Part shown: positions 1-12,169 of the stretch, piece after piece
Layout of the letters: each line of letters begins with the position of its first letter
Position numbering within the stretch: position 1 is the stretch's first letter
Origin: Octopus sinensis
Taxonomy: Eukaryota
Length of the DNA: 64,000 nt
NCBI RefSeq assembly: GCF_006345805.1
Contig: NC_042997.1
Location: 41,230,001-41,294,000, forward strand
Direction: 5' to 3'
Notes under the pieces: generated by a model
The model's input: only the letters and a program-made list of their open reading frames with translations
Databases searched by the model: none
What the model was told of the DNA's origin: nothing
Translations under genes and position numbers: made by a program

Positions 1-303
1 AATCCTTGTCATGGCTGATAACAGGACCACCTGATTGGCACCATTTGAGCGTGATCATTGCCACTGCCGCCTGACTGGCACTCGTGCTGGTAGCATGTAA
101 AAGAGCACCATTCAAGCGTGGTTGATGCCAGTACCACCTGACTGGCTTATGTGCTGGTGACATGTAAAAAGTACCCACTACACTCTCAAAGTGGTTGGCA
201 TTAGGAAGGGCATCCAGCTGTAGAAATTTTGCCAGATTAGATTGGAGCCTGTCCAACCCATGACAGCGTGGAAACCGGATGTTAAACGACGATGATGATG
301 ATG
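1..303 (+). mobile_element. Solo 3' end of the RTE LINE family (~60-bp subrepeats, conserved terminal block, (GAT)n tail)
   Basis: Same cactacactc...gttaggaagggcatccagc...ttaaacgatgatgat block that terminates ORF-bearing RTE copies elsewhere in the window. Confidence 0.8.
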
Positions 304-390
304 AAACCTTCTGTTTATTAATTACCTTTAATAAACCTTCTGACAATTAATTATCTTTAATACGCCTTATGGCTATTAATTATTTTTAAA
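304..390. repeat. 29-bp AT-rich minisatellite, about 3 degenerate units
   Basis: taataaaccttctg..attaattatctt units; same motif as 4841-5105. Confidence 0.75.
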
Positions 391-852
391 CTAGGAAACG
401 CACCCATCCTTTGGACAGTTTAAGTTGCTTTGGTGTTATTTTTTCCCCAGTTACTTGAACTACCGAGAAGGTTTATGAGTAGCACAGCAATCTATGTTTC
501 CGATTAATCTAGGAACAGAAAATCAAATTGAAGGCTGGTTATTGTGGAGGTCGTTGCACTTTAATGATCATAGAACATATGAGTTTGCAAGTGATGCAAA
601 ATAGAGCTACTGAAGTGTTTTGGGAGTAGATTACGGATAATGACTACAAAATATAGTTGTTTTTTAAGTATATTTTGTTCACTCTTATTTTCATGTATAT
701 CATATAAACATCTACATCTTTTGGAACATTTTATAAGACTTTACTGGCAAATTTTTAAGTCAAAATTTATTTATATGAAAGAAAACTATTGGTAACATAA
801 CATGAATTGGGCAGAGTTAAAGAATACACACACCATCCGTCTTCCATGTAAT

Positions 853-883
853 CCTAACCCTAAACCCTAAACCTAGCCCTAAA
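853..883. repeat. Short degenerate telomere-like tract (CCCTAA/CCCTAAA)
   Basis: cctaaccctaaaccctaaacctagccctaaa. Confidence 0.6.
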
Positions 884-1720
884 CACTGGGTGTGCATATT
901 ATTTACCTTCACCCACATGTTGTTCTAAAAATTACAGTTAAATAAGATTTTTTGGATAAATCTTTTAAACTAACATAAACTTTTATTTATGTAAAAACTA
1001 ACATTTCATTTTCTGAGCTGAGATTCGAAACTGAATCTAAGGATTCTCGCTGACCTGATCCACCACTGGCCGAACAGGTGTGACAGAAATTTCTTTATCC
1101 TGTCAAAATGTGATGGATGGATTTCTAACCTGAGCTGTGTCACTGAAGGTTCAACTGGACAGCAGGTGACCTAGATAAGTAGTAAGGACTCCAATGGTAT
1201 GTCTGTTCTTCTTGCTAGGATGACCATTATAAATAGTGACCTTAGATACAGGACAGATAAGCAGGCAGCTTGCAACAGGTAAGCAGCCAACAGAGAGCCA
1301 CATAGTCAGCATGAGCGAATTATGATAGCCAATGACACAACACAGTAGCAGGACACAAAAAGATAGGACAGAAAAACAACACAACTCAACCAAATGTTCA
1401 ATGCACACACAGACACAAAATATGCCATGCACTCTTTCATCAAATCAACATTCTACTTCTCCTGTTGTTATTTTTACTTTGCCACCTCAAAGCTGTTGGT
1501 AACTTCATGTAGCAGCCTTCATTGATATTGTAAATTAAACTTTGAGTATCCAACACGTAGATGCAAGTGTGGATCAAATAAATTATTTAAACTACAATCC
1601 TCATTGTTTTACTTTGATGTCGTCCTATCTCCATCGGCGACACCCGACAACATACATTGAACCATCAACATCACATTTCGCTGCCCATACTGCTACAATT
1701 TACATGACAGAAAATTGCCA

Positions 1721-4700
1721 TAAGAGGTAAGATGGAGAGAAGCTTCAGCTAGTGTCCTCACAGGCAAGGCACATAGGTATAAAAATCTTCTGGGAAGGTA
1801 ACATCGATGGAGTAGGGGGTGTAGGTATATTCCTTGTGGAGAAATGGGTGGATAAGGTCATAGAGGTTGTCAGGGTATGTGATAGAGTGCTTAAGCTCAG
1901 GCTAGTCTTGCAGAATAGTATAGCTACAATTATCTCTGCCTATGACCCTGCAAGTGGCCCTACCAAATGCTCTGAAGGACCATTTTTATGATACCCTTCT
2001 ACAGGCTGCCTCAAAGATGAGTGGCAATGACCTCATCTTTGCAGCTGGAGATTTTAATGAGCATGTTGGACAGCAATCCGGTATCTTCACTGGTGTACAT
2101 GGGCATAATGGTATTGGTTCCTGAAAAGAAGATGGAACCAGGCTACTGGAGTTTTGTGATGCATGTAGCCTTTTAGTCTGCAACACTAAGTTCAGGAAGC
2201 CAAGCAGCCACCTGATAACCTATCAATCAGGTGACTCTGCTAGCCAGATTGATTTCATCCTCACCAGACAGCGGGACGCAGGGTTGCTCTTAAATACAAA
2301 GACCCTCTCAGGTATGGAATGTACCCCCAGCATAGACTAGTCATTAGTGACTTTAGACTCGAGGCCAGAAGGATTCCAAGAAGCAGACCAATCCAGAAAA
2401 GAAGGATTTGGAAGCTAAAGAACCCTTCACATGATCTGAGATTTAGGGATATCCTCATCAAGAAATATGATGAGAGGGAGGAGGAGCTACAGTCCTCGGA
2501 CATAGAAGGTAGCTGGAAATTCCTACGGGACAGCTTACTGAGTGCCACAGACCAAGTCCACAGATGGTGCAAAGTCCCTTCCAGACCTAGAGTTATGTGG
2601 TGGTGGAATAATATAGTAGACAGAGCCATCAGAGCAATGAAACAGGCCTGGAGGGGTTGGGGTAGCAGGGAACCATACCAGATAGCCAGAAAGGAGGCTA
2701 GGAGACAGGCATACATAGCCAAGGGCGAAGCAGAAAAGAAGTTTGCCAATGTCCAGCAACATAAAGACCAAAGAAATGAAGTATTTCGGATTGCAGTGTG
2801 TGAGAGAAAATTGTGATGTCACAGGAGAGAAATGTGTCCGCATGGATGATGGTGCACTTGCTTTTAATGATTCCGAAATGAAAGAGGTTTGGAGAAGCCA
2901 TTATGAAAGACTGCTGAACGTGGAAAATGAACTGGAGGAGGAGAGCCAGCCAAATGTTGCCACAGTAGAGGGACCAGCTATCCGAATAGACAGCACCCTT
3001 GTAGATAAAGCAATTAAGGTTATGAAGCCAGGAAAAGCCCCTGGTCCATCAGGAATCACTGCTGAGATGCTTAAAACATCTGGTGGTGTGGGCTATGGCC
3101 TAGTCACCCGCATTGTAAACCAGGTAGTTCATGATGGAGTCATACTCAATGACTGGTGTAGCAGCACCATAGTCAACTGCTACAAAGGTTAAAGTGATGC
3201 TTTAGATAGAAATAACTACAGGGGTATCAAATTGCTGGATCAGGTGATGAAGGTCAGGGAGAGGGTCATGGCCCAACTAATTAGGGAGAGTGTCTGCTTA
3301 GATGAGATGCAGTTCGGTTTTGTGCCAGGTAGAAGCACCACTGATGCCATATTCCTGGTGCAGCAACTGCAGGAGAAATAACTAGCCAAAGATAAACTCC
3401 TATACTTAGCTTTTGTGGACTTTTACAGGGTCCCCCAATCCCTTATCTGGTGGGCGATGCAGAAAATGGGGATTGATGAGTGGTTAATAAGGGCTGTACA
3501 AGCCCTATACAGAGAGGCCGTTAGTAAGGTTAGTGTTGGCAATGAGTATAGTGAAGAATTCCTGGTAGAAGTAGGGGTTCACCAAGTATCAGCCCTCAGC
3601 CCCCTCTTATTCATCATAGTCCTCCAGGAAATAACAGGAATTCAAGACAGGTTGCCCTGGGAACTCCTCTATGTTGATGACCTGGCCCTCATAGCAGAAT
3701 CACTACCAGAACTAGAGAAGAAATTTCAGGTGTAGAAGCAAGGTTTAGAATTGAAGCGCCTTATAGTCAATGTTGTAAAGACCAAAGTTCTAGTCGAAGC
3801 ACCCAACCCATGCCAGCATGGAAAATGGACATTAGACGATGATAATAATGATGATGATGATAACATGTTATGCTAAAAAAAGTAAGAAGGCAAACAAATC
3901 ACGCACCATTTCAGGCAGGTGGTCCTGTAGAAAAGGTGTAGGTAGAAACTCCATAAGATGTACCCAGTGTAAGCTATGGACACATAAGAAGTGCAGCAAC
4001 ATCAAAGGAAGATTAACCGGGAAGATAGCTTTCATGTGCAGCAGATGCACAGGGGCAATAAACACCACAGATGCTCAGAAAATAGATTCCATCACATGAC
4101 AAGGGGAGAAACTAGATGTAGTTGATAGCTTCTGCTATCTGGGTGAACAAGTCTGTAGTGGGGGTGGATGCTCAGAGAGCGTTACCACTAGAATAAGAAT
4201 TGCCTGGGCAAAGTTCAGAAAGCTTCTACTCCTATAGGTGAGAAAGGGCCTCTTGCTCAGAGTAAAAGATAGATTGTAGGATGCATGTGAGCAAACTGCC
4301 ATGCTTCACGGCAGTAAAACATAGGCCGTGACTGCAGAGGACATGTGTAGGCTTGAAAGAAATGAAGCTAGCATGATCTGCTGGATGTGTAATGTCAGTG
4401 TGCACACACGACAGAGTGTAAGCACCCCGAGAGAAATGTTGGGCATAAGAAGCATTGGATGTGGCAAGCAAGAAAGACGTTTGCATTGGTAAGGTCATGT
4501 ACTACGGATGGATGAGGAGAGCTGTGTGAAGGAGTGCCACTCTCAAACAGTGGAAGAAATCTTGGGTAGAGGGAGACCCAGGAAGCCATGGGATGAGGTG
4601 GTGAAGCATGACCTTTGAACATTGGGCCTCACAGAGGCAATGGCGAAAGACCGAGACCTCTGGAGATATGCTGTGACTGAGAAGACCCGGCAATTAAAGT

Positions 4701-4830
4701 GAGTTCACAGCTGTAACCCACACCAGTTTCGCATAACCAGCCCACTTAAAAGTACCTTGGATCGTAAGGTGATATGCTGTGCTTGAGGAGACCTACTGAG
4801 TCAAGTACATCAACATCAAAATAAAAATCA
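1721..4830 (+). mobile_element. RTE-clade LINE, near full-length but decayed (APE endonuclease, RT, PHD finger, partial 3' UTR)
   Basis: APE motifs (YKIFWEGN..GVGGVG, AGDFNEHVG) and RT motifs (GKAPGPSGI, QFGF, LYVDD, FCYLG), with many stops and frameshifts. A short 3'-tail fragment is inserted at about 3797-3860. Confidence 0.92.
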
Positions 4831-4840
4831 GCTTTGTGGC

Positions 4841-5105
4841 TCTTAATTACCTTTAATAAACCTTCTGGTTAATAATTATCTTTAATAAACCTTCTGGTTA
4901 ATAATTATCTTTAATAAACCTTCTGGTTAATAATTATCTTTAATAAACCTCCTGGTTATTAATTTTTTCTAATAAACCTTCTAACTATTAATTATCTATA
5001 ATAAACCTTCTAACTATTAATTATGTTTAATAAACCTTGTGGCTATTCATTATTTCTAATAAGCCTTCCGGCTATTAATTACCTTTAATGAGCTTTCTGG
5101 CTATT
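4841..5105. repeat. 29-bp AT-rich minisatellite, about 9 units
   Basis: ccttctgg recurs at 4861, 4890 and 4919 and then degenerates. Confidence 0.85.
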
Positions 5106-5442
5106 TGCAACATGAATGTCCAAAAAGACATAAAAGTGTACATATGACTGACAGTGAGATTCGGCTATTATGTTGCTTTTGGATGTCTGTCACTGATGGA
5201 TCCAGGCAGAGCGAAAATAGGTGATGTGGTAGTTTTGGTGCCAGTAGATAGATGATTGTCATCTGCTAGCAGTATAAATATGAGTGCTTTTATGCAGCAT
5301 GCGTCAATATGAGAGTTCTTCTCAAGGTAAGTAACACAGTATTTGGTGTTCTAACATAACATCCACATTTAGTTGGATGTAAAATTTACCTTTTTATATT
5401 AATACTGCATTTGTTGCTATTGTTTTTAATTGACTTAATTAA

Positions 5443-5810
5443 GGTTCAGTCTCAATGAATGGCACCTTGGACAAGTCTCTTCAGCTACAGCCTTAGGCCA
5501 AACAAAGCCTAGTGAATAGGTCTGGTAAGCAGAAACTGAAAGAAGCCTGTCATACGTGTGTGTGTGTGTGAGTGCATTTCTCCTTGCCTTGACATTGTGT
5601 GATAGTTGTAAGCGAGTGTCCCTGTTATGCAAGTGGTGTCCTTTGTTTCTAATATTTTGTGATATTCTGTAAAATGGGGAAACAGTTACTTCCCTTGGAA
5701 GGTGGTGAGGGTTGGTGACAGGAGAGGCACCAAGCCATAGAAAATCCACCTCAACAAATTCCATCCAACCCATTCAAGCACAGAAAAGTGGATGTTATGA
5801 TGATCATGAT
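5443..5810 (+). mobile_element. SINE family A copy (tRNA-like head partly lost, GT tract, RTE-like 3' tail)
   Basis: ggttcagtc..tggcaccttgg..aaactgaaagaagcc head and caaccca...gtggatgttatgatgat tail; matches 41622-42036. Confidence 0.7.
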
Positions 5811-6253
5811 AATTATTATTATGGTGGCAGCGGTGGTGGTGGTGGTTGTGGTGGTGAGGGGGAGGGTGAAGATGATGATACTACAGATCTGTTTTACTAC
5901 TTTTGTTGTGTTTTCTTAAATCTGTTTCTGAGATCATCATAATCATCACCATCATCATCATCATCATGATAATACGTACATAAGAATGCATCTGTGTGTA
6001 CATGTATGTGTGTGTTATATAGAGAAAGATAAAGAGAGAGAGAGAGAGAGAGAAATAGAAAGAATAAAGATTTACATTCCTTCTTCCAAAAAGATTTCTC
6101 TCTCTCTCCCCTTCTCTCTCTGTTTGTCTGTCACTGTTTATACCTCTAGCTCGTCCCTATACACAATCAACCTAGACAACTCACAGTCTACCTTGGTTTC
6201 CTTCATTCAATCATTTCAGAAAACTAGTTGAATGATTATTTCTCTCTCAGTCA

Positions 6254-6605
6254 TCTCTCTATATATAAACGGCAAAATGTCTGTCTGTGTGTGTGTCCTT
6301 TATACAAATTCATAATTTTTCAGTTAGAGGGCTCGCACTTTCTATGGTCATTCAAAACCATCCAAGGGTGGTCGTGCACATCTTTACATTTCCCCAGTCA
6401 CCCCGCAAAGCCATTAAAACATCAATAGAAGTGACTTTTTTGTGAATTTTCTATCCAAAACCCAATCAAAATGCCCGAAACTTGATACGCAAATTGAATG
6501 CCAGCTAGCTGTATGTGATTGGTCAGAGATTTGGACAGTACTCGTGTGTATGCGCGCACGCATGCACTAGCATTATAACCCGGCAACGCCGGGTCATAGT
6601 GCTAG
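6254..6605 (+). mobile_element. Non-autonomous Helitron (352 bp)
   Basis: 5' TC after host A6253; 3' hairpin acccggc-aac-gccgggt (6578-6594); CTAG at 6602-6605 followed by host T; no TSD. These are canonical Helitron ends. Confidence 0.85.
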
Positions 6606-6819
6606 TTTTATTATATTCTTCACCAGTTTCATGAACTAAAGTCCCTCTGTAAAGACATCACAAGATGGAAATGTCCTTCTGTGAAAGACGCTGTTCAAAA
6701 ACTAATATGCATTTTCATGTCTCAGATGTTTCTTCTATTTCAATATTGGTTTACATTATTTTACTCAATTCTTCTTCCTTGAATATACACCAATTATGTC
6801 AATGCTGCAGCAGCAGCAA

Positions 6820-7218
6820 GTGGAGGTGCAATGGCCCAGTGGTTAGGGTAGTGGACTCGTGGTCGGAGGATCGCGGTTTTGATTCCTAGGCCGGGCGTTG
6901 TGTGTGTTTATTGAGTGAAAACACCTAAAGTTCCACGAGGCTCCGGCAGGGGGTGGTGGCGACCCCTGTTGTACTCTTTCACCCCCAACTTTCTCTCATT
7001 CTTTCTTCCTGTTTCTTGTCCCCGACTTGCTACGCAACCACTGAGCCTGGATGCGCATTCATCCATCCGTTGAAGCTCTCGGTATTGGGGGTTGACCTGC
7101 TTTCTCTTCTGCGGGTCTTACAAATAGCAAAGGACCACGTTTCCGCCTTCTCCTACTATAGAGGCGCGATCTTGCGAGCTCTGGGACGAAGACTGCTTCA
7201 CTCAACAAACAAACAAAC
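6820..7218 (+). mobile_element. tRNA-derived SINE, well-preserved copy with (CAAA)n tail
   Basis: A-box tggcccagtgg, B-box ggttttgattcc, CpG-rich body, caacaaacaaacaaacaa tail. Confidence 0.8.
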
Positions 7219-7409
7219 AAAAGCAGCAGCAGCAGACCACCACCACCACTGCCACCACCAACCTTATATGGAACAGCATGAAATGTTGGAGAATGCAGTT
7301 GACAGCTTGTGCATCAAGTATTAGGAGAGGTGAAAATCAAGAGAGGAATCTTCCAGGGGGGACAGCGTGTTCCCACTGATATTCATGCTGGGAATGATCC
7401 CCTTGAGAG

Positions 7410-7685
7410 AAATACTACAGGAAACAAAGTTCTGGTATTACAGTTCTATATTTAAGAGATGAGGAATTAAGTACATTATTTACATTATTTATATTTGATG
7501 GATTTTTGTCCTCATCTTGTTTGTTGTTAAAACGTTTCGACTGATATACCCTCTAGCTTTTCATCAGGCATTTTGAGGAAATTTTGAACTTGGGTTCTCA
7601 TACCTAAGGTAGTTGTTGTTGTTATTGTTGTTCAGGTCACTGCTTGGAATCAAACTCGGAATCTTGGGGTTAGTAACCTAAAGCT
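7410..7685 (-). mobile_element. tRNA-headed SINE-like element inserted in the R4-like LINE, containing a hammerhead-like core
   Basis: The minus strand reads ..actaaccccaagattccgagtttgattcc.. (B-box-like), then CTGATGA...GAAAC at 7567-7534. It interrupts the R4 RT coding sequence. Confidence 0.65.
7526..7574 (-). ncRNA. Degenerate hammerhead-ribozyme-like motif
   Basis: CTGATGA-N22-GAAAC-GTT. Helix II is imperfect and helix I is not evident, so this copy is probably inactive. Confidence 0.4.
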
Positions 7686-8699
7686 ATTCACTAAGACTGA
7701 GAAAGAAATTGAGAGCTTGATGGCAACTGTGCAGATGATTAGCAAAGATATTGGCATGGAAGTTGAGATCAAGAAATGTGGTGTAATGATTCTCAAAAGG
7801 GGGGGAAATCAGTAAAAGCCATAGGATCAACCTGGAAAGTGATGAAACTATAAGGGAATTCAGAGAGGAAGGATATAGGTACCTGGGTATCATTGAAAGA
7901 GATAAGATGAATAAACACGAGATCAAAGAAAAGTTAAGGAAAGAGTATTTGAAGGAAATTTGGCTTGTGCTCCAATGAAGCTAAATGGCTGCATAAGATT
8001 AGAGCAATTAACACATGGGCTGTTGCTTTGATGAGATATGGGGCAGGAATAGTATCTTGATAGAAGCATGAATTACACCAGAGAACACGTAAATTAATGA
8101 CAATGAACAAGAAATTGGAACCACAAGAGTGATGTGTCAGGTTGTATGTAAAGGAGGAGGGAAGGACGACAGGGATTGGTATGTTGTGAATGGTGTGTTG
8201 TCAAGGAAGAGGAGAATAGCCTGGCTTGGTATGTCAGGGGAATAAAGAAGAAAGGATTGAAGCAGTGAAAATGCAGGGAACCTTAAAAGTGAACGCAGCT
8301 GTAGATCCAACACGATTTAAGGAAGGCTAGAGAAATCAGATGAAGGAAATTTATTAGGACAAGAACATGCACAGTCAGTTCTTGAAGAAATAAAGATGAG
8401 ATTAATTGGAATAGAACCTGGCAATGGCTGCAGAAAGGAGACTTAAAAGGGCCTACTGGAGGCATTAGTGTGCAACGCTCAAGAACAAGCTCAGAACAAA
8501 CTCCTCTAAATATCACATTGATAAAAGCACTGACTTGCCACAGTGTAGGATGTGCTCTGAGAAGAGAGAAAGTATATGCCATATTGTTGGTGAGTGCTGT
8601 AAGCTTGCACAACATGAATATAAAAGAGATATGACAATGTAGCCAGATACGTCTACTGGCTGTAGTAAAGCAAACCTTGAAAGAGTAGAAACAATGGTA

Positions 8700-8935
8700 T
8701 TAAGGTGGCAATCTGGCAGAAACGTTAGCATGCCAGACGAAATGCTTAGCGGTATTTCGCCTGCCACTATGTTCTGAGTTCATATTCCGCTGAGGTCGAC
8801 TTTGCCTTTCATCCTTTCGGGGTCGATTAAATAAGTACCAGTTACGCACTGGGGTCAGTGTAATCGACTTAATTCGTTTGTCTGTCCTTGTGTTTGGCCC
8901 CTTGTGGGTAGTAAAGGAAATAGGTATGAACACAA
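8700..8935 (+). mobile_element. SINE family D copy inserted in the R4-like LINE
   Basis: gagttcatattcc B-box-like motif plus the gtcgactttgcctttcatcctttcggggtcgat..aagtaccagt core. Splits the R4 sequence between the zinc knuckle and the endonuclease. Confidence 0.8.
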
Positions 8936-9537
8936 GCCACAGGGAGAAATGGAAAATGATCATTACAAAATACTCTGGGATTTTAACATACAGTGCAACC
9001 AAGTCATAGAGGCGAGACAACCAGATATCATGATCATCCATAAGATGAAAAAGAAGCAAAGATAGTAGATGTTGCAATACCAGGCAATTTGAGGTGAAAG
9101 ATAAGGAAACAGAAGAGAGAGAGCAGGGGTAAAAAGGCAGAGGGTCAAGAGAGAGAGAGAGAGAGAAAATACATGTGCTTTTAACAATAAGTTCAGCATG
9201 GTATCAGTCTGGACGAGATAGAAAAGTTATGGGACATGGGGAAAATAATGGTGACACCAGTGGTAACTGGAGCATTAGGAGCAGTTTCCAAGGGCTTTGT
9301 AAAACATATTAAGAATATTGGAGCTGCTGTCAGCTCGAGGTAATTCAGAAGTCAGCATTGTTGGGTACAGCTTGCATTTAAGGAGAGTATTGTTTTCTTT
9401 GAGTCATAGGAGAAGGCACTACTTGGAAAACCTTTGGTGATTTGTTGTTGACTGTTTTCAAGTAAAGAATAACTGGTAATTAAGAACCATCTGAGAAGCT
9501 TTCATAATAATAATAATAATAATAATGATAATAATAA

Positions 9538-9920
9538 ATGCCCTGATGCAGGACCAGGCAGTGACTCTCATAGCTTCTGTTCTTAACTGATTGGAAGTGC
9601 TATCATGTACATTGTTTTGTCTTGGAATAAAAGATGGGCTACAGCAAATATTCTGCTCAATACCACAATTCAGTACCACTGTTGTTTGAGCAGAAGTAGT
9701 GAGGGAGCATCATAGCCATGTGGAAGGATTATTTGGGGTTTGGATAATTCACCTCTGGAAACATGGGTATTCATTCAATATCCTTAAACAATCGTTATTC
9801 AGGGACCTTTTGAGCATCCTTATCAGACGAGTAGTCATGATGGGTATACTGGGCTTCGTATATTTTATCCCAGTGTCACTTTGATGGCTTGCACTGCTCT
9901 CTCACTCGATAATAATAAAT
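9538..9920. mobile_element. Interspersed repeat family C, flanked by (AAT)n
   Basis: gccctgatgcag.accaggcagtg..ctgctcaataccac..gcactgctctctcactc; matches the copies at 39457-40570. Confidence 0.75.
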
Positions 9921-10057
9921 AAAGTCATAAGGAAATCAGTTCTTTAAAACACCCAGACTGATACCCATGCTGAACTTATTGTTAAAAGCACATGTATTTC
10001 CTCTCTCTCTCTCTCTCCCTCTATCACTCTCTTCAATACTTGTGAACATTACTTGTT

Positions 10058-10795
10058 GACATCATAAGAATCTTCAGCTGAAATCACTCAAGTCACGGAC
10101 CAATTCAAACAGCAAGCAAGTCTTTTGTTAGATTCAGACTAAGTTAAAACATTTCTCCTTCCTTCTTTGCTTAAATCTTAAATTTCCTCAAACCAGACAC
10201 ATCGCTGAAATGCTTGTAACAAAGGGAATTCCAGTAAACATAGCCAAGGTGCCGAGGGTTGGTGTGAAACCAAAGGATAGTTTCAGTTTACACTCCGGCA
10301 AGGCCATGGCAGGATTTGAACTCAGAATGCCAAGTACAGAAACAAATACCACAGAAGATATGTCATTCTTCCAGTTCCACCAATCCAGCCATCAAGATTG
10401 GGAGATTTTTATCAATTGTGAAGCAATTTTGACATCATAAGAATCTTCAGCTGAAATCACTCAAGTCACGGACCAATTCAAACAGCAAGCTAGTCTTTTG
10501 TTAGATTCAGACTAAGTTAAAACATTCTCCTTCCTTCTTTGCTTAAATCTTAAATTTCCTCAAACCAGACACATCGCTGAAATGCTTGTAAAAAGGAATT
10601 CCAGTAAACATAGCCAAGTGCCGAGGGTTGGTGTGAACCAAAGGATAGTTTCAGTTTACACTCCGGCAAGGCCATGGCAGGATTTGAACTCAGAATGCCA
10701 AGTACAGAAACAAATACCACAGAAGATATGTCATTCTTCCAGTTCCACCAATCCAGCCATCAAGATTGGGAGATTTTTATCAATTGTGAAGCAAT
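10058..10795. repeat. Tandem duplication of a ~373-bp unit (2 copies)
   Basis: gacatcataagaatcttcagc starts at 10058 and 10431; the copies are nearly identical. Confidence 0.92.
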
Positions 10796-12169
10796 AAAAG
10801 GTTAATACAGCATTAATAGGGTTTGAACTCAGAATGCCAAGGGCTGAAACAAATAGCAGAAAGTATCCTGTTGAACACCCTTAAAACTCATCCAATTTGA
10901 ATGAGAGCAAGGGACACTTGGTTGCCATTACTAGCAAGTCAAGCCTCAGCATAGAAGCCCCTTAATTGATTCATCCAACTTTGAGAAGAAATATGGAAAG
11001 AATTGTGGAAAGAGTTTCCAAAGCGTTCCACTTTGAAGAACAGAAATGAAAGAAAACCATCAGTGTTCTGGTGGTGCCATTAACACATTTTTGGTTGGTC
11101 AGTAACCAAAATAGAATTGTTGAAGGATGTTGTGGGTAGGTAGTGGTAGTGGTGGTGGTTGTGGAGGAGGAGGTAGCTACACTGAATCCATATCAAGTTA
11201 CAAAGAATTAAATCATGGAATGAAAGATTTGAAGAAAACCAAGCTAACCTAAAAGTATGGAAGACAGGACCATGAGACACATCAAAGATTCCAACTGAAG
11301 AATTCTAAGACACCAATAAATAAATTTACAAAACTGATTCCATATTTTATCTTCATAATCATTTCCTTCATTAATTACAGAATATGTTTTGGGTTAATTC
11401 GAAAAATATCAAGTTGGAATTTGATGTTGTTGGAAGCTATGGAAGGGGGAGACCCCAGGAAGACATGGGATGAAGAATTGAAGGCCAATCTCAAAACAGT
11501 GAGCCTTATGAAGGAGATGACAAAGGGATGAGATATATGGTACATGGCTGTACTTAAGAAGACATGCCCACCAGAACAGAATTGATATCCAAATAACGAT
11601 AATGTTTGTCCATGAGGGCGCTGCCATGTCAACCTTCTCTCCCATTCCATACACACACATTTCATTTCCTAACATCCACCATTTCCTCATTACCTGAGAG
11701 CAGAATAGGCACATACTAACCCCACCTCCTTTCTGCACCTTCTCTCTTCTCCCTCTGCTGCTCTCCATCATCAACTCCTTGCTTATCTACTATGCCCCAA
11801 TACCCACATATATCTACTGCAACCCCACAAGCCATTTCTATATTTCACTGCATCATTTGTTACAATCATCTCATCCTGCCCCCCTCACCCAGCTGAAGCC
11901 TCTATATCCCCTTACCTATCCTCACCACCCCATCTCCCTCGAGGGCATGTCCCATCACATCTCCACCATCATATCTCTCACTATCACTCTTTTTATCTTA
12001 CTATCTGACCCCTTCTTTCCTTTTCCTTCCAACTGGGGCATTCATGTAACTACTCTACAGCAAGATACCTCTCTCTGTCCCCAGTATACCCTAAGTCTTT
12101 CAACTGGCGCAAAGCCACAGCCGACCAGTACCATTCCCCCCACTCCCGTCCAGTTGAGGGGTTCTTGTC

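Larger units (their letters stand above)
7316..9537 (+). mobile_element. R4/Dong-like non-LTR retrotransposon (RLE endonuclease type), 5'-truncated, decayed, with (TAA)n tail
   Basis: RT motif IKRGIFQGDS; CCHC knuckle CRMCSEKRESICHIVGEC; PD..D endonuclease region (QPDI..IVDVAIP); PVVTGALG C-terminus; (TAA)n at 9504-9537. Interrupted by two SINEs. Confidence 0.8.

Noticed and set aside
430-5332. Plus-strand splice-like signals (acceptor at 449-450, donor GTAAGT at 5327) as an antisense gene
   Set aside because: Adjacent frames close quickly and no partner sites were found; such motifs are expected by chance. A non-coding exon cannot be excluded.
6820-6900. tRNA gene (also the heads at 41622, 45723 and 51614)
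   Set aside because: A/B boxes are present but there is no complete cloverleaf, and each continues into a SINE body.
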